From positions 19,920-83,919 of IMG/VR virus record IMGVR_UViG_3300025131_008220: a DNA stretch of 64,000 bases; one strand, written 5' to 3'. The stretch comes from a virus. The position numbers and the translations under genes are program-made. The notes beneath the pieces were generated by a model. The model saw only the letters and a program-made list of their open reading frames with translations, had not been told where the DNA came from and did not search any database. Positions 18,020-26,399 of this stretch are shown piece after piece. Numbering within the stretch: the first letter of the stretch is position 1; every line of letters begins with the position of its first letter.

Positions 18020-18330
18020 TACAGCAACGTGTCGCCATCTTCATCTGCAACCGCTGTCGCAGGAGCCTCCTTTGTTTGTGGGGTTGTTTCCGTTGACATA
18101 CCGCCTTGCTCTGAAGCCGGACGAGAAATATAAATCCTAAAATCAGGTTGATTCTCAGATTTCTTATCCTTGTTGTAGAAAGCTACAACTTGGACCTTCT
18201 TCTCTTCTCCGAACTCATTCTCCATCTTGAAATGACCAGAGAAATATTTCTTACCGCTACTCTGTGACGTCTTTGTCCAGAGGGCTCCGACTTCTCTCTT
18301 GTCCCAATCGTTATTTGTATTATCTGCCAT
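18019..18330 (-). CDS. DUF736-like protein, possible ssDNA-binding protein
   Basis: VGALWTKTS..GKKYFSG, NKDKKSENQPDFRIY; acidic tail DEDGDTLL. Confidence 0.6.
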   Translation of the reverse strand: MADNTNNDWDKREVGALWTKTSQSSGKKYFSGHFKMENEFGEEKKVQVVAFYNKDKKSENQPDFRIYISRPASEQGGMSTETTPQTKEAPATAVADEDGDTLL

Positions 18331-18340
18331 AACTTCCCTT

Positions 18341-18369
18341 AGTATAGATTAAACTTATCCAGCTGTCAA
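18341..18369 (-). promoter_or_regulatory. Sigma-70-type promoter, near-leaderless
   Basis: TTGACA-17 nt-TATACT; 10 nt to ATG 18330. Confidence 0.8.
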
Positions 18370-18378
18370 GCTTTTTGT

Positions 18379-18933
18379 TTAATGTATTTTTCTTTTTAAA
18401 ATTTCAGCACCTTTTCTATGCAGGTTTATGGCTGTCTGAGAACTGAAGCCTAAGAGATTTCCTATTTTGGCCCAAGTCATCTTGCCTCCCGAGAAGTATC
18501 TAAGAGAGTAGACTTTTTCAACTCTAGGGTCTTTCATTTTTCCTAGCTCGTTAAATATAAAAGACTTCATCTCTTTATTTGAGTAAGGATTTCCTTGCTC
18601 AGTTATTATGGTGTTCTGCCTGACTTTTTCGCTTAGTCTATTTATTTTAGCGGACTTACTTATTAAATGTAGGCATTTATACTTAACATTATTACTAAGC
18701 CAAGTACAAAAACTAGATCCTTTTTCTAAATTAAAACTTTTCGCCGACTCGTAAATAATTAAATCCTTATCTAATAGAATATCATTAGGGTCGGCCCCAG
18801 ATTTAGCCATAGACGACGAGTACTTAGAATACATAGACAAAAAGACAGGAGAATACCTAGATATCACCTTAAGTAGAGACAGGTCACAATCTTTTTCTTG
18901 TATCTTCTTTATTTCCAGATAGAAGTTATTCAT
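18379..18933 (-). CDS. Phage sigma-70-family sigma factor (regions 2 and 4 only)
   Basis: SFNLEKGSSFCTWL resembles region 2.3-2.4; LRYF..MTWAKIGNLLGFSSQTAINLHRKG is a region 4 HTH. Confidence 0.75.
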   Translation of the reverse strand: MNNFYLEIKKIQEKDCDLSLLKVISRYSPVFLSMYSKYSSSMAKSGADPNDILLDKDLIIYESAKSFNLEKGSSFCTWLSNNVKYKCLHLISKSAKINRLSEKVRQNTIITEQGNPYSNKEMKSFIFNELGKMKDPRVEKVYSLRYFSGGKMTWAKIGNLLGFSSQTAINLHRKGAEILKRKIH

Positions 18934-18949
18934 TTTTTTTTAAAATTAA

Positions 18950-19298
18950 TAAAAGAGGATTCCGCAAGCGGAATCGACGTAGCTTTTTTGCTGAGCACAG
19001 TTCACCCAACTTACAAAACACTTAAAACGACTACGAAAGGACGCTTTCGCTTCCACTTTAGTTCTATTCGCAGGGACTTTCTCCTTTTCGGCCCGCACAT
19101 ACGAGCCTAGCTAATGACTTTCGCAACCTATACCAAGTGTGATTAAAAATGGTAGAACTTTTTTAAATGATCACTTCCCTCATACGCCGCCTGCACCCGC
19201 TTGTAGCGTACCTTCCAAGGTTCGAGAAGCCCCTTCGGGGTTGTTGGTCTCTCAAGAGTTACCAGACTCGCTTTCGCTTAGAACCATTCTTCACACTT
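18950..19298 (-). ncRNA. Candidate structured RNA / long 5' leader of the sigma-factor gene
   Basis: Own consensus promoter; long-range helix 19298-19283 with 19153-19135; many GC-rich hairpins with GAAA loops; terminal GATTCCG-CTTG-CGGAATC hairpin followed by a pyrimidine/U run. Confidence 0.7.
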
Positions 19299-19303
19299 TC
19301 TCT

Positions 19304-19332
19304 ATTATAAATTTTACTTGACTTTCTGTCAA
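19304..19332 (-). promoter_or_regulatory. Consensus sigma-70-type promoter for the structured RNA / sigma gene
   Basis: TTGACA (19332-19327)-17 nt-TATAAT (19309-19304). Confidence 0.85.
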
Positions 19333-19346
19333 GTTTTTTTTAAAAT
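19318..19346 (+). promoter_or_regulatory. Sigma-70-type promoter, leaderless, overlapping the divergent promoter
   Basis: TTGACT-17 nt-TAAAAT; 6 nt to ATG 19353. Confidence 0.75.
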
Positions 19347-19352
19347 TTAAAA

Positions 19353-19805
19353 ATGGACAGACTCAGCTGGGTAGACTATGGCATAGAACTAGCAAAAACA
19401 GCGGCCCTAAGAAGCGAAGACCCATTCATTCAGGTTGGCTGCTGCCTTTTTAGGCCAGATAATAGCATCGCATCTCTAGGCTACAATGGGGCACCTCCCG
19501 GAGTTGACATAGACTGGTCAGATAGAGACGAAAGAAGGAAAAGAGTTATTCATGCTGAAACAAACGCCCTAAAGAATATAAAACCCCAAGAAGCAGACAG
19601 AATGTTTGTAACCTTAATGCCCTGTGGGGACTGCATTAAAAACGTAGCTTCTTATGGAATAAAGCAAATATTTTATATTAAAACATACGACCTTGATAAA
19701 ACAGCTATAGACCTAGCATCAGAATTTGGAATAAATTTAACACAACACAATAATGATCTCCGTATATATCAAAAAATTAGAAGAGTCGGCAGTGACGCCG
19801 ACTAG
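19353..19805 (+). CDS. dCMP deaminase
   Basis: RSEDP..QVGC, GYNG, HAE and PCGDC zinc motifs. Confidence 0.9.
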   Translation: MDRLSWVDYGIELAKTAALRSEDPFIQVGCCLFRPDNSIASLGYNGAPPGVDIDWSDRDERRKRVIHAETNALKNIKPQEADRMFVTLMPCGDCIKNVASYGIKQIFYIKTYDLDKTAIDLASEFGINLTQHNNDLRIYQKIRRVGSDAD

Positions 19806-20199
19806 AGCAACAGACCTAGACGCCGGGTACGACCTATATTCAATCAAAGACGGAGTAGTCCCAGCAGGAAGCAGGAAAGTAGTAGGGACAGGAATAGCTA
19901 TAGCCATTCCAAATAGCAGAAATGTTTTTGCTCCATCTTACTACGGAAGAATTGCCCCAAGATCAGGCCTCGCAGTAAAAAAAGGCATTGATGTGCTAGC
20001 GGGAGTTGTAGACGCAGGGTACAGAGGCGAAGTAGGGGTTGTCTTACAGAACCTTTCTGACGAAGACTTTATCTATAAAAAAGGAGACAGAGTAGCTCAG
20101 TTGATACTCGAACAGTGTAATACAATAGGCTGGGTCGAAGTAGAAGAGCTAGAAGATTCAACTAGATCCGATGGAGGCTATGGGAGTACAGGTAATTAA
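19753..20199 (+). CDS. dut: Trimeric dUTPase
   Basis: AGYDL, RIAPRSGLA, GVVDAGYRGE, GDRVAQL, RSDGGYGSTG (motifs I-V). Confidence 0.95.
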   Translation: MISVYIKKLEESAVTPTRATDLDAGYDLYSIKDGVVPAGSRKVVGTGIAIAIPNSRNVFAPSYYGRIAPRSGLAVKKGIDVLAGVVDAGYRGEVGVVLQNLSDEDFIYKKGDRVAQLILEQCNTIGWVEVEELEDSTRSDGGYGSTGN

Positions 20200-20533
20200 T
20201 CTAATAGCAGGCTCTCTGTCTGCTTGCGGGATTATGTTTTTATGGTTCGATACTAGTCTCGCCCTTGACTATCTAAAGCTACTTAGGTTAGAAAAAAAAT
20301 TTATAGAAGAATATGAAAAAGAGTTATTTGAAAATCCCGACATTAAGTTTTTGGAGTTTTCGTATTTTAAGAATCCCACCTTTTTCAATAAGCTCTTCTC
20401 CTGCCCTTACTGCCTTGGGTTTTGGGTGTCAGTATTTTGCACTATGATAGCAACACATAATATTTTTTTAATATTTGTTGGCTATATTTTTACCTTATCT
20501 TTTTATTTTATTTTTAAAAAATGGCAAAGTTAA
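20171..20533 (+). CDS. Small membrane protein (DUF1360-like)
   Basis: Hydrophobic segments and LFSCPYCLGFWVS motif. Confidence 0.55.
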   Translation: MEAMGVQVINLIAGSLSACGIMFLWFDTSLALDYLKLLRLEKKFIEEYEKELFENPDIKFLEFSYFKNPTFFNKLFSCPYCLGFWVSVFCTMIATHNIFLIFVGYIFTLSFYFIFKKWQS

Positions 20534-20826
20534 TAGTAGTTAAAGCCTGTACTGAATTTTGTTCTTTACTTTTAGCCAAGCCTCTGGTAATATTAGATAT
20601 ACCTCAACTGAAAGAGGTTTTAGAAAAGTGCCAAACTTCTAATAGAAGTTGCTGTAGCTCCGCTAAGGACAGTTTAAGAAAGATAGCCGAACAGGATATT
20701 TTTAAACTAATTAAAGAGTTCAGCAATAAAGAAGTCAAACTTTTCAGGAAACATCTTTTAGAAGGTTCTAAGTCAGACGGTATTAATATTATATTCGAAA
20801 AAATAAGCAAAAACATCATTATATGA
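20521..20826 (+). CDS. Hypothetical protein
   Basis: 101-aa ORF overlapping both neighbours in the operon. Confidence 0.55.
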   Translation: MAKLIVVKACTEFCSLLLAKPLVILDIPQLKEVLEKCQTSNRSCCSSAKDSLRKIAEQDIFKLIKEFSNKEVKLFRKHLLEGSKSDGINIIFEKISKNIII

Positions 20827-21020
20827 TTACAGACACAGATCAGAACAAGGTTCTCGAAATACATAAGAGAATGATAGACAAGACCGTGAGAGTGTTAGAG
20901 TCGAACACTAGCTGGATTGGAAGAGTTGTTGACGTTATAGATACTCAAAACTTTTCCGTTCGTAGAAGCAAGGACTCTGCAGCTCAAACTGTAAATATGT
21001 TTAACATAAGGTCTTTATAA
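20823..21020 (+). CDS. Small hypothetical protein
   Basis: 65 aa, translationally coupled at both ends. Confidence 0.55.
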   Translation: MITDTDQNKVLEIHKRMIDKTVRVLESNTSWIGRVVDVIDTQNFSVRRSKDSAAQTVNMFNIRSL

Positions 21021-21604
21021 TGGAAGAAATAAACACACCCCAACAAGCCGCCATGTTTGACCATATTCTCTTCGAAGCAGACCTCCCTAGAAAAGGATTG
21101 CCTAACGAAATAAAAGAGATAGACATGTCTGACACAGAGTTTCAAACCACAGACCTGTCTAAAACCATGGACACTTGGTCTGTATCTAGCGCCGGAGAAC
21201 TTTTCTTCCACGAGAGCGAGCCCTTCTTTGTCAAAGACGAGAACCACTCAATGGGGGGATACTTTAAAGAAAAGCACAAAGGTATAAAAAGGGAAGAAAA
21301 GACAAAGTCAATCCACTTTTATAACGTTTTTGAAGGAAAGGAAAAAGACTATTGGATTTCTTATGACGCTTTATTTAGAAAAGGCAACTTAGTATCTGTT
21401 GATTTAAATGAAGTAGAAGAAGTAGACCAAGAAACAAGGAAAGAAGCAAGAGCAAAAGCAAGGGAAATAGCAGAGAGCTTTAACAAAAAGATGAACAGAA
21501 CCACCCACACCCTACTTAAGCCTATTAAGTTTTGCCTTGGTGTCTTTTTAATCTCCCTGCACTTTTGCGGAAGCAAGCTCTCGGAACTACACTCTAAGCT
21601 ATGA
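21020..21604 (+). CDS. Hypothetical phage protein
   Basis: 194-aa coupled ORF; MFD...EFQTTDL N-terminal pattern. Confidence 0.6.
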   Translation: MEEINTPQQAAMFDHILFEADLPRKGLPNEIKEIDMSDTEFQTTDLSKTMDTWSVSSAGELFFHESEPFFVKDENHSMGGYFKEKHKGIKREEKTKSIHFYNVFEGKEKDYWISYDALFRKGNLVSVDLNEVEEVDQETRKEARAKAREIAESFNKKMNRTTHTLLKPIKFCLGVFLISLHFCGSKLSELHSKL

Positions 21605-22227
21605 TAGGACTAAGCGGAATAGCAGGATCTGGTAAGGATTTATTTTGTAAACTCCTTTTAAAAGAGATAAAAGGAACAAGGATAGCTCTAGCAGACCCCT
21701 TAAAGGAAGAGACTAGAGGATTTATATTACAAAAATATGGAATAGATATTTTAAATTGCACCCTAGAACAAAAGAATAAAGTCAGAGATTTTTTGGTTTT
21801 CTATGGAGGGATAAAGAGATACGAATCTAAAGGAACGTACTGGACAGATAAAGCACAAAAGAAGATTGACGCATCTAAACACATCTCCGTTGTCACTGAT
21901 ATACGCTACGCCGAATATGAGAACGACGAGATACATTGGATTAAAGCTACGAACAAAGGGGTCTTAGTTCATATTAGAAAATATTGCGAAATAGAAACCT
22001 TTGGCCCTCATATGAAAAGAGTTTATTTTGATCCTCCTAACGAAGACGAAAGAAGAAGCGATCCTAAGCTCATGGAAAAAGCAGACTACTCCATTGAATG
22101 GCCCCACGTAGAGGACGCCACCCAAGAGGAAATTAAAGAAACGCTAGCCCCTTACGCAAAAGAATTTGCCGAATGGTACAATAAAAAGAAAAATTATGAA
22201 GCAAGCAAAGCAAAACGCAGCAAGTAA
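21601..22227 (+). CDS. Phage deoxynucleoside monophosphate kinase
   Basis: IGLSGIAGSGKD P-loop, LADPLKE, VTDIRY..E..E. Confidence 0.8.
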   Translation: MIGLSGIAGSGKDLFCKLLLKEIKGTRIALADPLKEETRGFILQKYGIDILNCTLEQKNKVRDFLVFYGGIKRYESKGTYWTDKAQKKIDASKHISVVTDIRYAEYENDEIHWIKATNKGVLVHIRKYCEIETFGPHMKRVYFDPPNEDERRSDPKLMEKADYSIEWPHVEDATQEEIKETLAPYAKEFAEWYNKKKNYEASKAKRSK

Positions 22228-22480
22228 ATGGTTTCCAGAAATAGAATGGTTATCTAATAATCTGGAAAAGTTCAACGCGGATCACCTTAAATTAATAGTC
22301 CACGCTAAAGAAAAAGAAGCTATTGAGCCGAAATCAAACATCAGTAATATTTTGAGAAGCGCCGCAGCAGCGGGAATGATTGAGCCGATGGAATCTTATA
22401 GAAAATCAGACTGGAAAAACTCCACAAGAGTGCCGAGGCAATTCTGGAGAAAAGCAAAAAACAAAGTCAAAGGAAAATAA
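22196..22480 (+). CDS. Basic hypothetical protein
   Basis: ORF in operon, Lys/Arg-rich; start set at ATG 22196. Confidence 0.55.
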   Translation: MKQAKQNAASKWFPEIEWLSNNLEKFNADHLKLIVHAKEKEAIEPKSNISNILRSAAAAGMIEPMESYRKSDWKNSTRVPRQFWRKAKNKVKGK

Positions 22481-22482
22481 TT

Positions 22483-22728
22483 ATGTTTTATAATGCATTA
22501 ACAAAGAAGTACGAAGCGGAGGTTGAAGAATCCCTAGCTACACTCAAGGTGTATATGAGCAGGAGTGTTGGGATAGGCGAGCACTCAGACCTGTTAACAG
22601 AGTTGGATAAATATGTCTCAAAACTAGCGGCAGCAGAGGACAACTTAGAGTCACTAAAGAGACATAAAGGCACACTTACTGAGACGGAAAGTGAGACAGG
22701 CTTTGAGCCTCCCAGTCAAAGTTACTAA
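22483..22728 (+). CDS. Small helical conserved phage protein
   Basis: VGIGEHSDL motif between two amphipathic helices, a pattern familiar from large marine phages. Confidence 0.6.
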   Translation: MFYNALTKKYEAEVEESLATLKVYMSRSVGIGEHSDLLTELDKYVSKLAAAEDNLESLKRHKGTLTETESETGFEPPSQSY

Positions 22729-22757
22729 AAACCTTAATGAATAAGCAAATTTTTAAT

Positions 22758-22773
22758 TGGCACGCTTGCTGCT
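22758..22773 (+). promoter_or_regulatory. Sigma-54 (-24/-12) type promoter upstream of hsp20
   Basis: TGGCACGCTTGCTGCT: TGGCACG plus exact GG-N10-GC spacing; ATG at 22789. Confidence 0.7.
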
Positions 22774-22788
22774 ATTATATATATTAAC

Positions 22789-23193
22789 ATGAGTACATTA
22801 ACATTAACAAATATGGGACTAAGAAACGTGTCGAATCTTTTCGATTATGTAAACAGCAGCCTCGAGGATGACTACAAAGAATGGGCTAGCTCTTGGAAGG
22901 GCTGGAGCTCAGATAACAACACTCACTTTAACGAGGAAGAGGACGGGTATTCTTTTTATCTAGCCCTATCGGGCTTGACTAAAGAGGACGTAAAGATTAA
23001 CGTAGTGGACGACTATATCAGCGTCCACGCCGAAGGAACCTCTGCAGGAAGAGAGGTTAATTACAAGAAGAGCTTTAGCATTCCAACTAAAGCGGACAAA
23101 GAAACTCTAGAAGCAAAAATGGAAAACGGTATGCTGAGTATCACTATCAGTAAAAGGGAAAAGGACAAAAATAAGACTGTCGAAATAAAGTAG
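22789..23193 (+). CDS. Small heat-shock protein (Hsp20/alpha-crystallin)
   Basis: LSGLTKEDVKI, FSIP, AKMENGMLSITI, C-terminal VEI motif. Confidence 0.9.
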   Translation: MSTLTLTNMGLRNVSNLFDYVNSSLEDDYKEWASSWKGWSSDNNTHFNEEEDGYSFYLALSGLTKEDVKINVVDDYISVHAEGTSAGREVNYKKSFSIPTKADKETLEAKMENGMLSITISKREKDKNKTVEIK

Positions 23194-23222
23194 GCAAATA
23201 GCAACCGAATTTTAGCTTCTTT

Positions 23223-23253
23223 AAGCTGCTCATTTTTTTGGGCAGCTTTTTTT
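23223..23253 (+). terminator. Rho-independent terminator after hsp20
   Basis: Stem AAGCTGCTCA / TGGGCAGCTT followed by a T run. Confidence 0.75.
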
Positions 23254-23254
23254 G

Positions 23255-23283
23255 TTGACAAGCGCATAAGACTAAGGTATAAT
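23255..23283 (+). promoter_or_regulatory. Consensus sigma-70-type promoter, near-leaderless
   Basis: TTGACA-17 nt-TATAAT; 9 nt to ATG 23293. Confidence 0.85.
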
Positions 23284-23292
23284 TATTAAAGT

Positions 23293-23838
23293 ATGATTCA
23301 GTTCTATAAAGCAAACCCGAAGGTGTCAGGAACAGCCTGTTCTTTTTCTGTCAACCCTAAAGACAAGTCCGTATACGCCAGCTTAATTAAGCAGAAGAGT
23401 TGGGACGATAAAACGAAGACAGGTAGGTTTGATGCCGACAATAAGTGCATCACTAAGCTAAACACAATGGAGCTAGGCGCTCTAATCAACGCTATTGATA
23501 CGAAGACAGACTGGTCAGCTTATCATGGAACTCAGACAAGAGCGACTAAGATGAATTTTTCCCCATACTCCCAAGGGGGCAATGAAGGCTACAACTTCAG
23601 AGTAACCGCTGACTCTAAAGAAGACTCAGAAAAGAAATCCACCTTCTCGATGGGCTTTAGATACGGAGAAGCAGAGGTTCTGAAGAGATATTTTATCTTT
23701 TCTATGAACGCTATCTTCCAAGCCTCCCTTGAAGAGGTTCAGGCCTCACTAAGCGGAGCCAAGAAAGGCGGCTACAATAAGCCTCAAGCAGCCTCCGCGC
23801 CAAAAACAGAGGACTCGGACGAAGAGGTTGTTTGGTAA
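23293..23838 (+). CDS. Hypothetical protein, possible ssDNA-binding protein
   Basis: Beta/alpha body with flexible linker and acidic-aromatic tail EDSDEEVVW, typical of SSBs; function inferred. Confidence 0.45.
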   Translation: MIQFYKANPKVSGTACSFSVNPKDKSVYASLIKQKSWDDKTKTGRFDADNKCITKLNTMELGALINAIDTKTDWSAYHGTQTRATKMNFSPYSQGGNEGYNFRVTADSKEDSEKKSTFSMGFRYGEAEVLKRYFIFSMNAIFQASLEEVQASLSGAKKGGYNKPQAASAPKTEDSDEEVVW

Positions 23839-24472
23839 AATCTCCGTGATTGACGACTTTGATAAGAAGGTACCTTTTCTAAAGTCCGGCGCTCCAAACA
23901 GAGCGCCGTATTATTATCTTTTCTCCTTAGCTTACGCTAGGAACAAAGGATTGTGGCTAGAGTTTGGTACCCATGACGGCACTACACTAAACCTAATAGC
24001 CGAAATAATGCATAAGTATGGGAAAGCAAAGACACCTATGTACGGTTTCGATTCTTTCGAGGGGCTACCGGAAGCGTGGGGGAGTAAAGCGAAGAAAGGC
24101 CACTTTAATAAACAGGGAAAAATGCCCAACGTTGCATGGGATAACATAAGAATAGTGAAAGGCTGGTTTAACGAGACTATACCTAAGTTTTTAAAAATAG
24201 AAAAAGCAGATGTAGCTATGGTTCATATAGATAGTGACCTTTATATTTCAGCAAAAACAACCCTAGAAGGACTAAAAGAAAGGATAAAACCCGGGACAGT
24301 AATAATGTTTGACCAGTTCCATAACGGTAGCGGGCATTATCCAGAGTATAAAGAACACGAATACAAAGCTTGGAAAGAGTTTTCAGAAGAATATAAAGTA
24401 AAATACGACTGGATAGCTTATGTCAAAGACTCGCTACAAGCCTCATTAATAGTAAGGGACATCCAAGTTTGA
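23828..24472 (+). CDS. TylF/MycF-like sugar O-methyltransferase
   Basis: LEFGT, GFDSFEGLPE, KGWFNETIP, HIDSDLY, MFDQ. Confidence 0.85.
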   Translation: MFGKISVIDDFDKKVPFLKSGAPNRAPYYYLFSLAYARNKGLWLEFGTHDGTTLNLIAEIMHKYGKAKTPMYGFDSFEGLPEAWGSKAKKGHFNKQGKMPNVAWDNIRIVKGWFNETIPKFLKIEKADVAMVHIDSDLYISAKTTLEGLKERIKPGTVIMFDQFHNGSGHYPEYKEHEYKAWKEFSEEYKVKYDWIAYVKDSLQASLIVRDIQV

Positions 24473-26397
24473 GAAAAAAGAAGATTTTATTCCAAAGTGA
24501 TTCTGCCCTAGCAAAGACAGGGTTTGGAAGAAACGCTAAAGAAGTTCTCTCGTACCTGTATGATACAGGTAAGTACGAGATCTTTCACTATTGCTGTGGA
24601 ACAACCAAAGGAGAGCCAGCCCTAGAGAGACCCCCTTGGAAGTGCATTGGGACCATGCCCAAGGACCAAAACCTACTGGTCAAACTAAACCAAGACCCAG
24701 AACAAGGAAGGGACGTCAACTACGGAGGATATTTCGTAAACGAAGTAATAAAAAAAGTCCAACCAGATGTTTTTATAGGTGCTCAAGACATATGGGGAGT
24801 AGAGTCATGCACTAAAAAAGAATGGTACGATAAAATAACCTCAGCCATATGGACAACCTTAGACTCTCTACCCCTTTACCCAAATGCAGTGAAGATAGCC
24901 CCTAAAATAAAAAACTTTTGGGTTTGGAGTAACTTTGCCGAAAAAGAATTCGCTAGGTTAGGTTATGGACACATAAAGACACTACACGGAGCAATTAACC
25001 ATAAAGATTTTTGCAGACTATCGGATGAAAAGAGAGCAGAGCTAAGAAAAAAATTTAAAATAGAAGAGGATGCTTTTGTTATTGGGTTTGTTTTCAGGAA
25101 CCAGTTAAGAAAATCTGTACCTAACCTGCTAGAAGGCTACGCTAAATGGAAAAAGATTGCGCGACTTGGGGACAAAAAGAAGTCTTATTTGCTGCTTCAC
25201 ACCCACTGGAAAGAAGGCTGGAATATCCATAGGCTATGTGAAGAATACGGCATAGACAAATCGGAAATATTAACTACTTATATTTGCAAGAACTGCAAAG
25301 AGTATTGGGTAAAGCCTTATTCTGGACACGGCTTACAATGCGAATCGTGCAAAACAAAAGACTCTCAGGTAACATGTCATGTCTCCATAGGTGTCGAAGA
25401 ACCCCAACTCAACGAAGTGTACAATTTGATGGACACTTATTGTCACCCGTTTACCAGCGGTGGGCAAGAAATTCCTGTTCAAGAAGCCAAATTTACAGAG
25501 TTAATTACCTTAGTCACAAACTACAGTTGTGGAGAAGAGAGCTGCGAAAAAGGCTCAGGATCCCTTCCTCTCAAGTGGTCTGAATACAGAGAGCACGGCA
25601 CTCAATTCAGAAAAGCTTCAACATGCCCAAACTCTATAGCTGAGAACCTAGATAAAGTATTCCACATGCCACTAGAGGAAAGGCTTAAAAAAGGCAAGAA
25701 GGCCAGAGACTGGGCTATCAGCAAATTTTCAACAGAAGTGACAGGCAAGTTTCTGGAAGACTTTATAGACTCCGCCCCTTACGCTACCTTTGACTTCGAT
25801 AAACTAGACTGGAAACCTAGAGACCCTAAAGCAAAAATTCCGGAGATACAAGATGACGCCGAATGGCTGATATATGCATACAAGCATATATTAAATATGC
25901 AGGTAGATAGAGGAAATGACGGGCACAAATATTGGATGAACCAAATGGCCAATAAAACACCCAGAAAAAACATAGAAGACTTCTTTAGAAAAAAAGCTCA
26001 GGAAGAGAACCAACAGAACATACCTTTTAAAATAGAAGACTACCTAGATGAAGAGGACGAAGGTAAACGTATATTAGTAGTCATGCCCGGAAGCATAGGT
26101 GATGTGTTTTTAACTACTTCTATACTAGAGTCTATAGCAGAAACATACCCAAGCCCAAACTACAATATCTATTTTGCAACAGACCCCAAGTATTTTGAGG
26201 TAGTAGAAGGCAACGAGAACATATATAAAATAATCCCCTACAACCAGAAGATGGATGACCTGCTCTGGCTAGAAGGAAGAGGCGACCATAAAGGCTTTTT
26301 TGAAGTAGCCCTGCTACCTCACATAGGAACACAAAGAATGTTTAACTATCAACATAATGGTAAAGATAAGATAGCGTTAGACCTTACTTGGAACTAG
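24469..26397 (+). CDS. GT4-like glycosyltransferase with zinc-ribbon insert and C-terminal GT9-like N-domain
   Basis: TGFG, RNQLRK, CKNC/CESC, GGQEIPVQEA; C-terminal ILVVMPGSIGDVFLTTS. Confidence 0.75.
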   Translation: MRKKKILFQSDSALAKTGFGRNAKEVLSYLYDTGKYEIFHYCCGTTKGEPALERPPWKCIGTMPKDQNLLVKLNQDPEQGRDVNYGGYFVNEVIKKVQPDVFIGAQDIWGVESCTKKEWYDKITSAIWTTLDSLPLYPNAVKIAPKIKNFWVWSNFAEKEFARLGYGHIKTLHGAINHKDFCRLSDEKRAELRKKFKIEEDAFVIGFVFRNQLRKSVPNLLEGYAKWKKIARLGDKKKSYLLLHTHWKEGWNIHRLCEEYGIDKSEILTTYICKNCKEYWVKPYSGHGLQCESCKTKDSQVTCHVSIGVEEPQLNEVYNLMDTYCHPFTSGGQEIPVQEAKFTELITLVTNYSCGEESCEKGSGSLPLKWSEYREHGTQFRKASTCPNSIAENLDKVFHMPLEERLKKGKKARDWAISKFSTEVTGKFLEDFIDSAPYATFDFDKLDWKPRDPKAKIPEIQDDAEWLIYAYKHILNMQVDRGNDGHKYWMNQMANKTPRKNIEDFFRKKAQEENQQNIPFKIEDYLDEEDEGKRILVVMPGSIGDVFLTTSILESIAETYPSPNYNIYFATDPKYFEVVEGNENIYKIIPYNQKMDDLLWLEGRGDHKGFFEVALLPHIGTQRMFNYQHNGKDKIALDLTWN

Positions 26398-26399
26398 TT

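Noticed and set aside
19060-19095. GGAGAAAGTCC in the structured RNA resembles the RNase P RNA GAGGAAAGUCC motif
   Set aside because: It lies in the 3' half rather than near the 5' end, and no complementary P4 3' strand (ACAnAAnnCGGCUUA-like) was found
18898-19321. Plus-strand ORFs 18898..19110 and 19139..19321
   Set aside because: Non-ATG starts, no protein-like features, antisense to a consensus-promoter transcript; better explained by RNA structure
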